The notes under the pieces: generated by a model
What the model was told of the DNA's origin: nothing
The model's input: only the letters and a program-made list of their open reading frames with translations
Database searches by the model: none
Part shown: piece by piece, positions 51,901-63,745 of the stretch
Layout of the letters: each line of letters begins with the position of its first letter
Numbering within the stretch: position 1 is the first letter of the stretch
Made by a program: the position numbers and the translations under genes
Source of the DNA: Macrostomum lignano
Taxonomy: Eukaryota
Assembly (NCBI GenBank): GCA_002269645.1
Contig: NIVC01002617.1
Coordinates: forward strand, 92,510-156,509
Reading direction: 5' to 3'
DNA length: 64,000 nucleotides

Positions 51901-54900
51901 GTTCTTCTCTCACCTAGATGAATTGTTCTCCGGTGTTGTTATTAAACGCTACGTGGCACCGCTGAGACCGCAGGCGCGTATGGAGATTCCGGAGACGCTT
52001 GAGGATGTGGAGGCTGAGCTGGCTAAACAGGTGATTATAATTTGGCTGCTAAATGGAAGTGAGTAGTCGGCCAGTGGCTTATCTGAATTACTGGAATAAA
52101 ATCGTACCAAATCTGAATGACTGACAGACTGGAAGTAGGTAGTGGTCTATCTGAATGACCGGAAGTGGGTAGTAGCCCACCTAACTCACCGGAAGTGGGT
52201 GGTAGTGGCCTATCTGAATGACCGGAAGTGGGTAGTGGCCTATCTGAATGACCGGAAGTGGGTAGTGGCCTATCTGAATAACCGGAAGTAGGTAGTGGCC
52301 TATCTGAATGACCGGAAGTAGGTAGTGGCCTATCTGAATGGCCGCAAGAGGGTAGTGGCCTATCTGACTGACCGGAAATGGGTAGTGGCCTATCTGACTC
52401 ACCGGAAGTAGGTAGTGGCCTATCTGACTGACCGGAAGTGGGCTGTATTTGCTCCCCTGAAGGCCGTAAAGTAGGATTCAGATCCTTAGACATTATAGAG
52501 CTATCTAATTGAATAAGCCGCTAAACGTGCCAGGAGTCCCTGCTAGAATGGCTGCACCAAGAGCTGAGCGCCCTGAAGTCGGACGGCCTGGACTCGCAGG
52601 ACAAATCCAACTTGATCTGGGAGGTACAACGGGTTGTCACGGCGCTTAAACGGAAGAAGAGTCTGATTGAAATGGACGACATCGAGGGTGAGTAGTTTCA
52701 CATAGCGCTGTATCTAGGGGAAGTGCCTTCCATAGCACTGATAAAATCCCCTCCCTGAAGCTTATCTATTGTTAAAATGGCCCCTTTCCGAAGCTTATCT
52801 ATTGTTAAAATGGCCCCTTTCTGAAGCTTATCTATTGTTAAAATGGCCCCTTTCTGAAGCTTATCTTTTGTTAAAATGGCCCCTTTCTGAAGCTTATCTT
52901 TTGTTAAAATGGCCCCTTTCTGAAGCTTATCTTTTGTTAAAATGGCCCCTTTCTGAAGCTTATCTATTGTTAAAATGGCCCCTTTCTAAAGCTTATCTAT
53001 TGTTAAAATGGCCCCTTTCTGAAGCTTATCTATTGTTAAAATGGCCCCAATCTATTTTTTAAATTGTCTCTCCTTCGCGAAACTTGTTAAAATCAAGCCG
53101 TATGAAGGTAAAGCCGTGAGGCTGCAACACAGAACTGAGCACTCCAGGTAGTTTAAACCAATCGCCCGCAGCCATCGAAAGCGAGCTGCTCAAGCAGGAG
53201 ACATCGCTAAACCGGCTACACGCCACCCTGACCGGCTGTCCAACCGACGATCAGGAGACGCAGGACCAGCTGTGGGAGGTGCAGCGCACCATCACTATGC
53301 TCAAACGGAAGCTGAGAAAAACTGCCGGCGCGCCCAGGCCCAGCCTGCCAGGCGGCCCGGCCTCGGGAGCGACAGCCAGCGTCGCAGGCGCCGGCAGCAT
53401 CCGCGGCAGCGCGTCGGCCGATCACGTGAACAGCGCCGCCGGCGGCATCGCCAAATCGCCGTCGTTCCCAACTCCTGGCAGCGGCATCCGACCGGACATG
53501 ACCGCTCTGGAGGAGAATCTCGAACTCAATCTGGCTCTGCGGCGGGTTAATGTACAGGTGATGCCAACTTTGGAAACATATAACAGAGCAGAGTAAAGCT
53601 TGGCAGCTGTCCAAAAATTGTCCAAGCACACAGAAACCCATGCTGGGAATCTGGATATTGCTAAACGTTAACAGCGTCACCTTGATGAAGGTCCAGAACA
53701 GGGGTCGGCAAACTTTTTACCTCCGAGCCCAGTTAGAAAACCCAGCGCATGACTACTGCGGGTCAGAGGGGGAGAGAGGAGAGGGAATAGAAAGTGAGAT
53801 GAGAGATAGGAGAAAGAAGAGGCGAGGCGAGGCGAAGAGAGGAGAAGATAGGAGAGGATGGAGGAGAGGAGAGGAGAGGCGAGAGAGGAGAGAAAGGAAG
53901 AAAAGAGAGGAGATAAGAGAGAAGAGGAGAGCATAGCAGAGAAGGAGAGGAGAGGGAAGGGAAGGAATGGAGAGAGGAGATAAAAAAGAGAAGAGAGAGT
54001 AGATTAGAGAGAAGAGTGCCAGATTGCTATTTTGAAGTTTCAAAGGACCCGAGGGCCGGATAGAGAAGCTTCGCGCTTGTGGGCCGGCGTTTGCCGACCC
54101 CTGGTCTAGAAGCTTCCCCTAGGTGATGGGCAGTGTTGCACACGCAGTGATAAAATATGACGACTTAAGCAAGGTCGCATTGTTGAATTTCTCAATCATT
54201 CGCGCTTGAAGGTGCACCAGCCAAGTGGCACCGCGGAGACGCCGCAGCTCCCTCAAGCGCCGGAGCAAGTTCAGCAAACCCAGCCGTCATCAGTACAGCA
54301 GCCGCTGCCTCAGCCGCAATCTCAGCAGCCGCAGACTCTGCCTCAGCCTCAACCTCAGCAGCAGCCTCCGCCGCAGCCTTCGCCGCCGGAGCCGCCACAG
54401 GAGCCGCCGCAACCGTACGAAGCTCCGCCGCCAGAGCCGGGGCCGCTCAACCGGCTGGACAGCCTGCGCGAGAGCAGCCGCTGCGGCGACTCGTCCATCG
54501 CCGACACGGACACAGACGTGGAGCTGTACGCGCTGACCAGGAACCCGCCGCCTTTGGAGCTTCAGGAAGACGAGCCGGACGAATCCGGGACGGAGGAGGG
54601 CGACGGCGAGTACGAAGAAGACGAAGCCGAGGAAGAGGAGGAGGAAGCTGACGATGACGATGGTCAAGCGCGTCAGGTGAATCCCTGGCTTCTTGGAAAC
54701 CCACATGCTGCTCGCGCACACTGTCACTTACGTGATATGGATGCCAGGGTGTCTATAGGAATGCCAGGGTGTCTCTATAGGAATTCCAGGGTGTCTCAGT
54801 CTAGGGATGCCAGGTTGTCTATAGGAATGCCAGGGTGTCTCTAGGGATGCCAGGGTGTCTATAGGAATGCCAGGGTGTCTCTAGGGATGCCAGGGTGTCT

Positions 54901-56002
54901 ATAGGAATGCCAGGGTGTCTATAGGAATGCCAGGGTGTCTATAGGAATGCCAGGGTGTCTATAGGAATGCCAGGGTGTCTCAGTCTAGGGATGCCAGGGT
55001 GTCTATAGGAATGCCAGGGTGTCTCTAGGGATGCCAGGGTGTCTATAGGAATGCCAGGGTGTCTATAGGAATGCCAGGGTGTCTATAGGAATGCCAGGGT
55101 GTCTCTAGGGATGCCAGGGTGTCTATAGGAATGCCAGCGTGTCTATAGGGATGCCAGGGTGTCTATAAGAATGCCAGGGTGTCTATAGGAATGCCAGGGT
55201 GTCTATAGAAATGCCAGAGTGTCTCTATAGGAATTCCAAGGTGTCTCTATAGGAATGCCAAGGTGTCTCTAGGAATTCCAGGGTGTCTATATAGGGATGT
55301 CAGGGTGTCTCTAAAGTAATGGCAGGGTGTCTATAGGGATGAATTTCAAGGGTCTGTGTGTACCGGGGTCTCCAAGTAAGTTTAATAAGCACACTAAACG
55401 AGTAACAGGGTTTTTTTACTTCCGAGGGTCTCTACATGTAGATGAGTTTCGAGAAGCCTAGATGAGTTTAAAGTCACTAGAAAAGCTTCATAAATGATTT
55501 TTTTAATAAACTACTGCAGGACCTGGACCAGCTGGCCTACAGGCTGGAGGAAGAGGAGAACCAGCTGCTGTGCGCCTCTGAGGTAGAAGAGGAGACGGCG
55601 GACCTCCTAGCCGTGGTGGAGGACCTCCGCCGCCTCCGCCTAGAGGAGGAGGAGCTGGCGCAGCTGTCCGACGAACTCGGCATGCGGGTGGCCCGCGAGC
55701 GCCAGGAGATGGACCGGCTGCGCGCCGAGATCGATCGATGGGCCAACCGGGACCAGCGGCCGGCCGGCGGCCCGGACAACTGTCCGGACACTTCGTCAAG
55801 CGCGTCCAGCGATTCAGAAGACGAATCCGACTCAGCGCTGCTGGAGCAGTGGCATTTCTTCCGCGAGGACAATCACCGGCTGGTGAAGGAGAACGCGGAC
55901 CTGGCTGAGCGGCTGCAGAAAGAGCGAATGCTGTGCGCCGAGTACCGGGTGCAGCTGCGAGTGCAGGCCGCCTACGGACCGCTAATCTCCATCGGGCTTT
56001 GA
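48952..56002 (+). CDS. RALBP1: RalA-binding protein 1 (RLIP76): RhoGAP domain, two Ral-binding-type motifs, C-terminal coiled coil
   Basis: Exons 48952-48964 (MTDF, tentative), 50798-51263, 51466-52030, 52534-52687, 53172-53557, 54212-54676, 55520-56002 are phase-consistent. PVFGVPLALAVQRSKSHDGVALPACFRECIDFVE..CEGIYRVSGVKSKV, KMSLQNVSIVLSPTMQISHKVL and LWEVQR.IT.LKRKLR match recalled RALBP1. Confidence 0.93.
52125..52442. repeat. 30-bp minisatellite (GGTAGTGGCCTATCTGAATGACCGGAAGTG), about 10 copies
   Basis: In a RALBP1 intron; 8 copies contain ACCGGAAGT. Confidence 0.93.
52757..53048. repeat. 33-bp minisatellite (GAAGCTTATCTATTGTTAAAATGGCCCCTTTCT), about 9 copies
   Basis: In a RALBP1 intron. 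Confidence 0.95.
53699..54103. mobile_element. hAT (Charlie-like) MITE with a purine-rich interior
   Basis: Perfect 15-bp TIRs CAGGGGTCGGCAAAC…GTTTGCCGACCCCTG; 8-bp TSD GTCCAGAA (53691-53698) and GTCTAGAA (54104-54111), matching the NTCTAGAN target preference. Confidence 0.9.
54740..55340. repeat. 20-bp minisatellite (TGCCAGGGTGTCTATAGGAA), about 28 copies
   Basis: In the last RALBP1 intron. Confidence 0.95.
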
Positions 56003-57225
56003 GTTCAAATGCTTTGATCTTGCTGTTCTCTCTGTGCAATTATTTTCATTGTTAAATGTAAATGCTGTTTATTACCAATGACTACTGGGCGATCTAGTTG
56101 TTAATCTCTCTTGAATTAAGTCGGTTTTCAGTTTCAGCAATTGTTGCACCAAATCCATATCAAGCAGATGGCCGCTGCACTGGCTCGGAGAAGGCCGGTG
56201 GTTTTTGCATTAGCGAGGTATACCCAATACCTTTATCTTTTTGACTTTGTGTTTGTGTTTTGTCAGAGATGCGCTATGTTAATTTCATATCCTAAGTAAA
56301 GTACATGTCCTATGCCTAAAATAATTGAAAAATGGCACAAATCGACTGATTGGTTTTTTATGAATCTGTTTTAACATTTTGTTATAGGTATAAATTAAGC
56401 TAAAAGTTAAAAATTGGGTCTGCCTGCTTTCAAAAGTAAGGAATTTTTGGTACAACCTGCCTTCTAAAATTTTCCTAAAACACAGCTTCCCATCCTTGAG
56501 CGAAATCCCAATCAGCGAATCACAACTGTATTTTGAGCGTTTTCTCCGTTTTCAATTAGAAAATTGCAAATTTTGCACGGTTTGCGAGTGCAAGCGGCCT
56601 TCTGTTTTGGTTGTCCAAATTAATATTCCTTTCATACTACTATTAACTACTGCCAGAGTATAAAATAACCGCGAACAGATAGGGACTGTATCGATTGGAA
56701 TATACAGTGTACAAAAATTGTTCATTACTCAATAAAGAGAATAGGCTCTCTGATGACGATTATAATTAATATTATTACTAATACTTATATTATTGTTCTT
56801 AAATAGTGAAGGTACGCGTATTGTCGCTGACTCAATATTTTCAATGAATTATTTCATATACCAAAGCAAGGATTTTGCTGTAGAGTTGTACTTTGCTTAC
56901 TTTACTAGTTAAATAAGGCGCTTTAATAGCGTTCTAATAGTTAACGGGTATTTATTGTAACTAATAAAACATACAATTGAAAAATGATCACATTAATGCA
57001 CAAGTAGCTGTCAGAGAATCCAATATTTATATCAGAAATGCTCACAGGGAAACTTACCCAAAGGGAGCTTAAATAAGCATTACCGTATTTATTTAATACG
57101 TCGCAAATTTTGCTTGCTGCTTTGCCAAGTGTCAACTAAAGGCAATCACCGTACCGCGTTATACAGCGTTAACCGCGTTTACAAATTAACTAATATGTTA
57201 GCTACTTGTAGTAGTGCAAAAACCA

Positions 57226-58277
57226 CTATATCAGCGAGACGCCGCCACCAGCGCTTCGACCGCCGCGTACGCCGCCGCCGCTGCTTTGCGTCGGCAGGCG
57301 CTCCAGCTGGGCCCGAGTGCTATGCAGTTGCATTTCCAGCTGGGCCAGCTGAGATGACACGGCAGCAGCGGCGGCAGACGGCCGGCCGCGCACGGAGCTC
57401 AGCTGGCTAAGCAGCTCCATGATTGGATCGCCGGCCAACGGCCAGGCCAGCCGTTCGATGAACCCGCTGGCTCCTCCGCCTCCGCCTTCGCCACCGCCTC
57501 CGCCCCCGCCAGCTGCGGCAGCCAAAACAGCGGATGCCGAGCCCAGACCGCGCCCTCGACCAGCGCCAGACCTGACTGGCACGCAGGACACCCGGCTTAG
57601 GCTGGGCAAGCCGCGTCTAGACGCGTCTCGGTTGCTGCGCAGGCCGGCGGTAGACAAAAGCGACGAGTCGTCCGGGCCGAGGGCGCCCTAAAAATGCGAT
57701 GAGCGCCAACACACAGATGGTCCATTGAGAATGGATGGGTATAGAATAAGGTCAACTGAGGACAAAAGAGAGAACAATGGCTCACGCGCACGTGATCAAG
57801 CTGCAGGTGATGTGCCAGATTCCTGGTCTGATGATTCGGTGCCCCGCTCGGACACGCGGCGCACACTGGACAGATGACCTGCTGATGTTGCTGGTGTCCA
57901 GACGACGCATCGGCGTGCTCCCCGGCCACGTGTTCGGCCAGGTCTGACTGCGAGTAGCCAAGGTTGCCGCAGTAAGGACAGGTGAAAGCGACTGCCCCAG
58001 TATCGGCAGCTGAGCCGGACTCGCCGCCAAAGTACAGCAGCATATCGGCGCGAGTCAGAATGCACTGCATCGGGTGCTCGGCCCTGTGCTGAATCGCTCC
58101 TCCAGCGGCCATGATGTCCGCCTCCATCGGGGCGAATTGTTCCTCGGCGCAGAAATTTCTCGAATCATAGCAGGGGCCGCACAGATCGAAATCGAAACAG
58201 CGGAGGCATTTGTAGCGCCGGCCGCGGAAGGCTTGCTGGTCGCAGCCGTCGCAGCTGACGCCGTCGTGTCGGGACAT
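57226..58277 (-). CDS. KCMF1: E3 ubiquitin ligase KCMF1 (ZZ zinc finger plus C2H2/Di19-type fingers), about 317 aa
   Basis: Exons 58277-57786 and 57687-57226. MSRHDGVSCDGC…FRGRRYKCLRCFDFDLC, HPMQCILTR, FTCPYCG, VICPVCAA and DPIMELLSQLSSVR match recalled KCMF1. Confidence 0.93.
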
Positions 58278-58371
58278 CCGCCGGCCAGCCAGAGGGCAAT
58301 CGACATTTGTAGACGATGGGTCGATTTGGCTATTGACAGGCTTTCGGTCAGGGTATGTACGGATTGCTACC

Positions 58372-59092
58372 CTATCTACCCTTAGATGACCATTGCTACC
58401 CCTGATCTACCTTAGTAGACAAGTGCTACCCCTATCTACCATTAGTGCACCAGTGCTACCCCTATCTACCATTAGTGCACCAGAGCTAGCCCCTATCTAC
58501 CATTAGTGCACCAGAGCTAGCCCCTATCTACCCATAGTGCACCAGAGCTAGCCCCTATCTACCCATAGTGCACCAGAGCTAGCCCCTATCTACCCATAGT
58601 GCACCAGAGCTAGCCCCTATCTACCCATAGTGCACCAGAGCTAGCCCCTATCTACCCATAGTGCACCAGAGCTAGCCCCTATCTACCCATAGTGCACCAG
58701 AGCTAGCCCCTATCTACCCATAGTGCACCAGAGCTAGCCCCTATCTACCCATAGTGCACCAGAGCTAGCCCCTATCTACCCATAGTGCACCAGAGCTAGC
58801 CCCTATCTACCCATAGTGCACCAGAGCTAGCCCCTATCTACCCATAGTGCACCAGAGCTAGCCCCTATCTACCCATAGTGCACCAGAGCTAGCCCCTATC
58901 TACCCATAGTGCACCAGAGCTAGCCCCTATCTACCCATAGTGCACCAGAGCTAGCCCCTATCTACCCATAGTGCACCAGAGCTAGCCCCTATCTACCCAT
59001 AGTGCACCAGAGCTAGCCCCTATCTACCCATAGTGCACCAGAGCTAGCCCCTATCTACCCATAGTGCACCAGAGCTAGCCCCTATCTACCCT
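58372..59092. repeat. 31-bp highly homogeneous minisatellite (CCCCTATCTACCCATAGTGCACCAGAGCTAG), about 23 copies, just upstream of the KCMF1 ATG
   Basis: Direct tandem repeat. Confidence 0.97.
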
Positions 59093-59841
59093 TCAGCGGA
59101 ACAGTACTTTTAACTCATTATCTTGAGCAGTTAAACATTAAGACAGTTCTGTAACATCTGCTCAGCTCAATTATTTATGGGAAACATAAATAAATAAATA
59201 ACACAGAGCCATACTTTACAGCAAGCATGCGCGATAAAGCACTAATTTTGAATTATATATTGTTTCAGATGAATTATAGCCTACTTAAATATACGAAATA
59301 ATACTAGTACAAATGCAACAGAAATTAAAGAGAAATAATCGCGCAACATATACAGTAATTATCGATGGAATACAAAATATTATTATTAGTTTTCATAGTT
59401 CATAAATGCGGACTATGCCTGCTCCATTCCCGTACCGCAAGTTGTAAACTATCCAGATTAACAAAATAGTACTCGTAATTATATCAGGTGCTAGTTTGTG
59501 TTACTATTTGTATAATATAATAAAATTGATAAACAATGTGCACATACAAACAAATTGAAGCAGACAGACACAGAAGCGACAAACTATCGCGAGCAAACTA
59601 ACGAGCCTAAATAATAATAAAATAAACAATGCAAAATCAATTATACTAATGGGAAGGGGTGGTGAAAAATAAACCAACACGAGTTAATAGGGGGGTTCTT
59701 AGCAGACTAAGTCGGGTTTTTTTAAAGCGCATTGGTTAGATGACGAGGCATTTCTGTAATTTAGAAGTTACTCCTGCTGCTTACCTCACAACATCTGTTT
59801 GAAAATTAGCTTAAATAAAAGGGATTGGAGCACAAGCTAGG

Positions 59842-59956
59842 TATGGGGTTGGAAAACTTCTTTACCTAAAGGGCCAGATAGAAAATTTAGCGCATGACTG
59901 GGAATAAAGGACCCGAAAGGGCCGAATAGAGAGGCTTCGCGGGCCGGAGTTTTGCC
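59842..59956. mobile_element. Short decayed relative of the hAT MITE at 53699-54103, lacking the GA-rich interior
   Basis: The ends GGGGTTGGAAAACTTCTTTACCT and AAAGGACCCGAAAGGGCCGAATAGAGAGGCTTCGCGGGCCGGAGTTTTGCC align with the MITE termini. Confidence 0.65.
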
Positions 59957-60041
59957 AGGTCAATGCTAATTGGCAAACAGTTCAAAGAGCTTAGTCAGTC
60001 TGGCTCCAAGTCCCAAGCATTAGCTGTATATATATCATGCA

Positions 60042-63000
60042 TCAGTCGTCGCCCAGCCTAGGCCGCTTGCTGTCCGGCGGCTGCGACTGCTCACAGCAGT
60101 AGCGGCTAATCGATTCCGGCACCTGCAGCAGCTGCGGCCTAGTAGTTAAATTCTCTAGAAAATTCACGTACTCATTGCGACCCTCAGCCTGGCTGTTCAC
60201 ATACAGCCGCATCCGAAGCGAGGGTAGCTGGCCGCCTGGCAAATTCGCGTCATCGTCGTCAAAAGAAGAATCGTCTGGCCCAGCAGCGGCCGTGTCAGAC
60301 TTTGGCACGGTGGAGGCGGCGTTAGCAACAGCGGTGGTGGTGGCTGCCTCGCTCGACTCTCCGTTATCCTCTTTAGCATCATCGTTGTCGCGTTGAAGCT
60401 CCTCGGATAGTAGCTGTTCGAATAAGCTGCTGCTGGCGCCGCTGCTGCTGCTGGCGCAGGCGCCACCGCCGCTACTCTGGCGCGAGGGCAGCACGGATGG
60501 CGCCGACTGTCTGCTAGTGGCTACGGCGGCCATTGTGCGCTGCACCTGTCATAAATCCATTATTGATGACTTGCTATTTTTAATATTTCCAATCTATTTT
60601 GGCTAGGATTCCTTGCTCTCACCTCTGGCCGGCCCGGGTTCGACTCCCGGTCAGGGAACCAGTGCGAGGTGAGCTTCTACATGTCATTACGCTACAAGCG
60701 ATTCGCTTACACATTCTTTGCTTGCTACTCTTCAGTAGGCAATCTCAAATAATTAGTTTTGATCTCTATAGTCTAGTTTAAGGATCTGGCAACTTACTAG
60801 TTGCCTAATTTGAGTATCATACGGGTACTGTCTAACAATAGGTGTCGTTTATCAACAGCCAACGCACCTGCTTGCGCTGCAATTCCTCCTGAGCAGAACT
60901 GAGCATCTGAACGCTGTAATCCTGCAGCACCTTGGGCATGGTGTTAGGATTTAGCGGGCAAATCTTTTTGTGCTCCTTTAATTGGTGCAATGGTCCGACA
61001 TTGTTGCAGCCGAGGGCGCGCCAAGGACAAGCCACAATATAGTCGTCTATAATATTTTGCACAAGAAAGTCGTGGTGCAGTTGGCCCACTGTTACTGGCT
61101 TGCGATCGCTCGGACAGATGGCATTCTTCTGTAGCCAATCGAATATGCAGCGCTTGCAGAAGCTGTGGCCACATGGGGCGCGCCATGGCTCTTTGAATAC
61201 CTCTTGACAGATGCAGCAGTACAAATGGGGACTGACAGCATCAGGATTTAAGAAGTACCTGTGAGAATTTTAAAGGTTTGACATACTAATATTCAATGTT
61301 GTAATAAAGATGGAACACGAGTTTTCAAAGCTAGGATCTTATCCTAATCCTACCTATCTTTAGCTCTATGTCTATCACTCAGGTGCTTCAGTGGACAGCC
61401 TGTCTCTGCCCCCCAGGTGTTTCAGCGGACAGTCCATCTGTCATCTGGTATTTAACACTATGATCAGTTTTGCCCAAAAAAATTTTTACAAATATATTTT
61501 GTACATAAATTTTGTACTTAATGACTTCCACGTCCAATGTGTCATTCCTTAGCTTTTTTCTCTATTACTTTTATATAAAAACAATTCTAATAATAAAGCA
61601 AAATATAGCTAAGACCTTCATAATATATATACTTTTTTGACTAAGGAGGCCTAAACCCAATAATAAATTTAATATTTTATCAAATTTCAAATAAATTTAA
61701 ATATAAAAGTTGGAACAGATTAGTGATGGACAAAATGTGGATTTTTGCAAGTTTCTGAAACCAAATCCAAATGTACAAAAAATTCTGAATCCAAATCTAA
61801 ATATCCAAATGTGCTTCTGAAAGTAAGCAAAAAGTAGAAGGTAAATGACAAGAATAACTATGACACTTTAATTCTAATTACTAATGCTAATGTTGCATTT
61901 GTGCAATTTGAGTACTTTACTGTAAGTCTATACATTTGTATTTAGAAAAAAAACCAACAAATGATTATATTGAAGCAATGATTGCCAAAAATGTTTTTGA
62001 GACTTTAGGTTCAAAACCTCAAAGGTCCTAAAGTTTAGTAACTTTATTTGATATAACTTTATTAAAATATGTTACTGCAAAAAAACAATTATGACATAAA
62101 ATGTTACATTTTTATTTTTTTAATACACTTTATTATTTCAAAATTTTTTATTTACATTGGATTTTTTTGGATTTCTTGTTTTTTCATATTCATAAACATA
62201 TTTGGAAATATTCAGAAAATAAAATTGTCAAATACAAAACATTCCTATTTCTAAAAAAACTAAGACATTTTTTGGATTAGATTCTAAATTTGAATACTTG
62301 GATCTATAATTAGAACAGAGTTAAGAATTGAAAAATAAATTACTAAATTGGCTAAACCTACACTAATGGAATTTTCAAATGACTTTTTGGTATTCTTTCA
62401 TTTTATGATAACATGGCACTGTCTCTATGGGAGTTGGGATTTTTTATACGATCTCCCATAGAAGACAAAAAAGTTAAGTTAAAGCCATGAAAACTGAGAA
62501 CCAATTTTAGACACCCCCTCATTTTTGTCTTACGATCCCCCACAGTGGCGCAACCAAGGGGGGCGGGGGGCGGTCGCCCCCCTTAGGCGGGGGACCGAAA
62601 AAAAATCAAAGGGGCGGACCAAGCGAATTTTTGCCAAAAACAGAGCCACCCCTCCGCCGCCCCCCCTCCCGGGACTTTACCCTCAGAATCCGCCCCCCCC
62701 TTGAAAAATTTCTGGTTGCGCTACTGTACCCCAGTTAAATGGACATATGTTTTATATTTTAGGATGATTTTAAGATGAAAGTGAATTCAATTTTGTCTTG
62801 CAATCACTTACATATAATTTTACTATTTAAATGATTGTATGGCATAAGTGAATATAAGCTACATGCTTATATAACTATGCTGCGCCTATATTTCAATGAC
62901 TTGCAATGACAATTTATATGAAACTGGACCCGCTTAGGGATTAAAACAAAGGAATGCCTACTTTTTATATTAGAACTTATTCTTTTTACTGGATTTTATT

Positions 63001-63745
63001 AATTCAAAAGCCTTTTATTAAAAAGAAAAAATATTATATTGTTTATTATTATTCCAATGAAGAGTAGGCCTAGATCATACACCAGTATATGCTTACAAAA
63101 GTTTTTATAGAAGTATTTTTTAGTATATAGCCATAGGTCTAATTGTCTTGCAAAATTTTTCATTTGTAAAAAAATGTATGGCAAGTTACTAGACTAGATA
63201 ATTGAAGTCAAATCCATATACTAAAAATGAGCTGTTTGTACCTATGTATGTTTGCTTTCCTATGTACTAAGAATGAGTTGTTTCTAGCCTCTAGGCCCTA
63301 ATTATAGGCCTAAACATTACAAAATTATATATTCAATATCTTGATTAGACTTAAGTGAACTGGAGTAATCCGGAGTTAAAGTGTTTTGCTCAAGGACACA
63401 AATTGTTCTAGTAGGATTGGGAAACAACAAACTCCCAACCTTCAAGTCAAGAGTCCAACACTCTAACCATAAGGCTGCAACCCAGCATGTAATGGTAACA
63501 AAGGCCTAAGGCCCCTAGGTCCTGACTCCCCAGTCAATAAGTAAGTATGCTTCTAGGCATATAGGTGGTACTGGTAGATAGACCTACTTAACAGCTTCAG
63601 TATAAAACAGAACTGTAACATAGGCTCTAAAAGTTAAAGTTCTAAAACGAAATACTTACGTTTCTTCTTCTATTTCGGGTTCTGCTGGAACTTCAGGTGC
63701 TTTGCCTTTAGCATTCTTGGCACTCTGTCTTCGCCGACCTACCAT
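60042..63745 (-). CDS. RING-HC plus TRAF-type zinc-finger E3 ligase (RNF151/RNF41/TRAF-like N-terminus), about 326 aa
   Basis: Exons 63745-63660, 61258-60868, 60545-60042 are phase-consistent. YFLNPDAVSPHLYCCICQEVFKEPWRAPCGHSFCKRCIFDWLQKNAICPSDR, then CPWRALGC…HKKICPLNP. Confidence 0.85.
60600..60661 (+). pseudogene. 5'-truncated tRNA-Glu(CTC)-derived pseudogene ending in CCA
   Basis: TGGCTAGGATTC…CTCTCAC…CGGCCCGGGTTCGACTCCCGGTCAGGGAA+CCA matches the 3' 60 nt of eukaryotic tRNA-Glu. The 5' acceptor strand is missing and the anticodon stem is unpaired. Confidence 0.8.
62543..62726. mobile_element. 184-bp GC-rich MITE with 14-bp TIRs
   Basis: CAGTGGCGCAACCA…TGGTTGCGCTACTG (13/14), in AT-rich intron DNA; flanks CA/TA may be a mutated TA TSD. 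Confidence 0.75.
63372..63484 (-). mobile_element. Decayed 5' fragment of SINE family B
   Basis: GAGTTAAAGTGTTTTGCTCAAGGACACAAAT…CAACCTTCAAGTCAAGAGTCCAACACTCTAACCA aligns with 34815-34915. Confidence 0.7.

Noticed and set aside
60600-60661. Functional tRNA-Glu gene
   Set aside because: The 5' acceptor strand and A-box are absent and the anticodon stem cannot pair; reported as a pseudogene instead.
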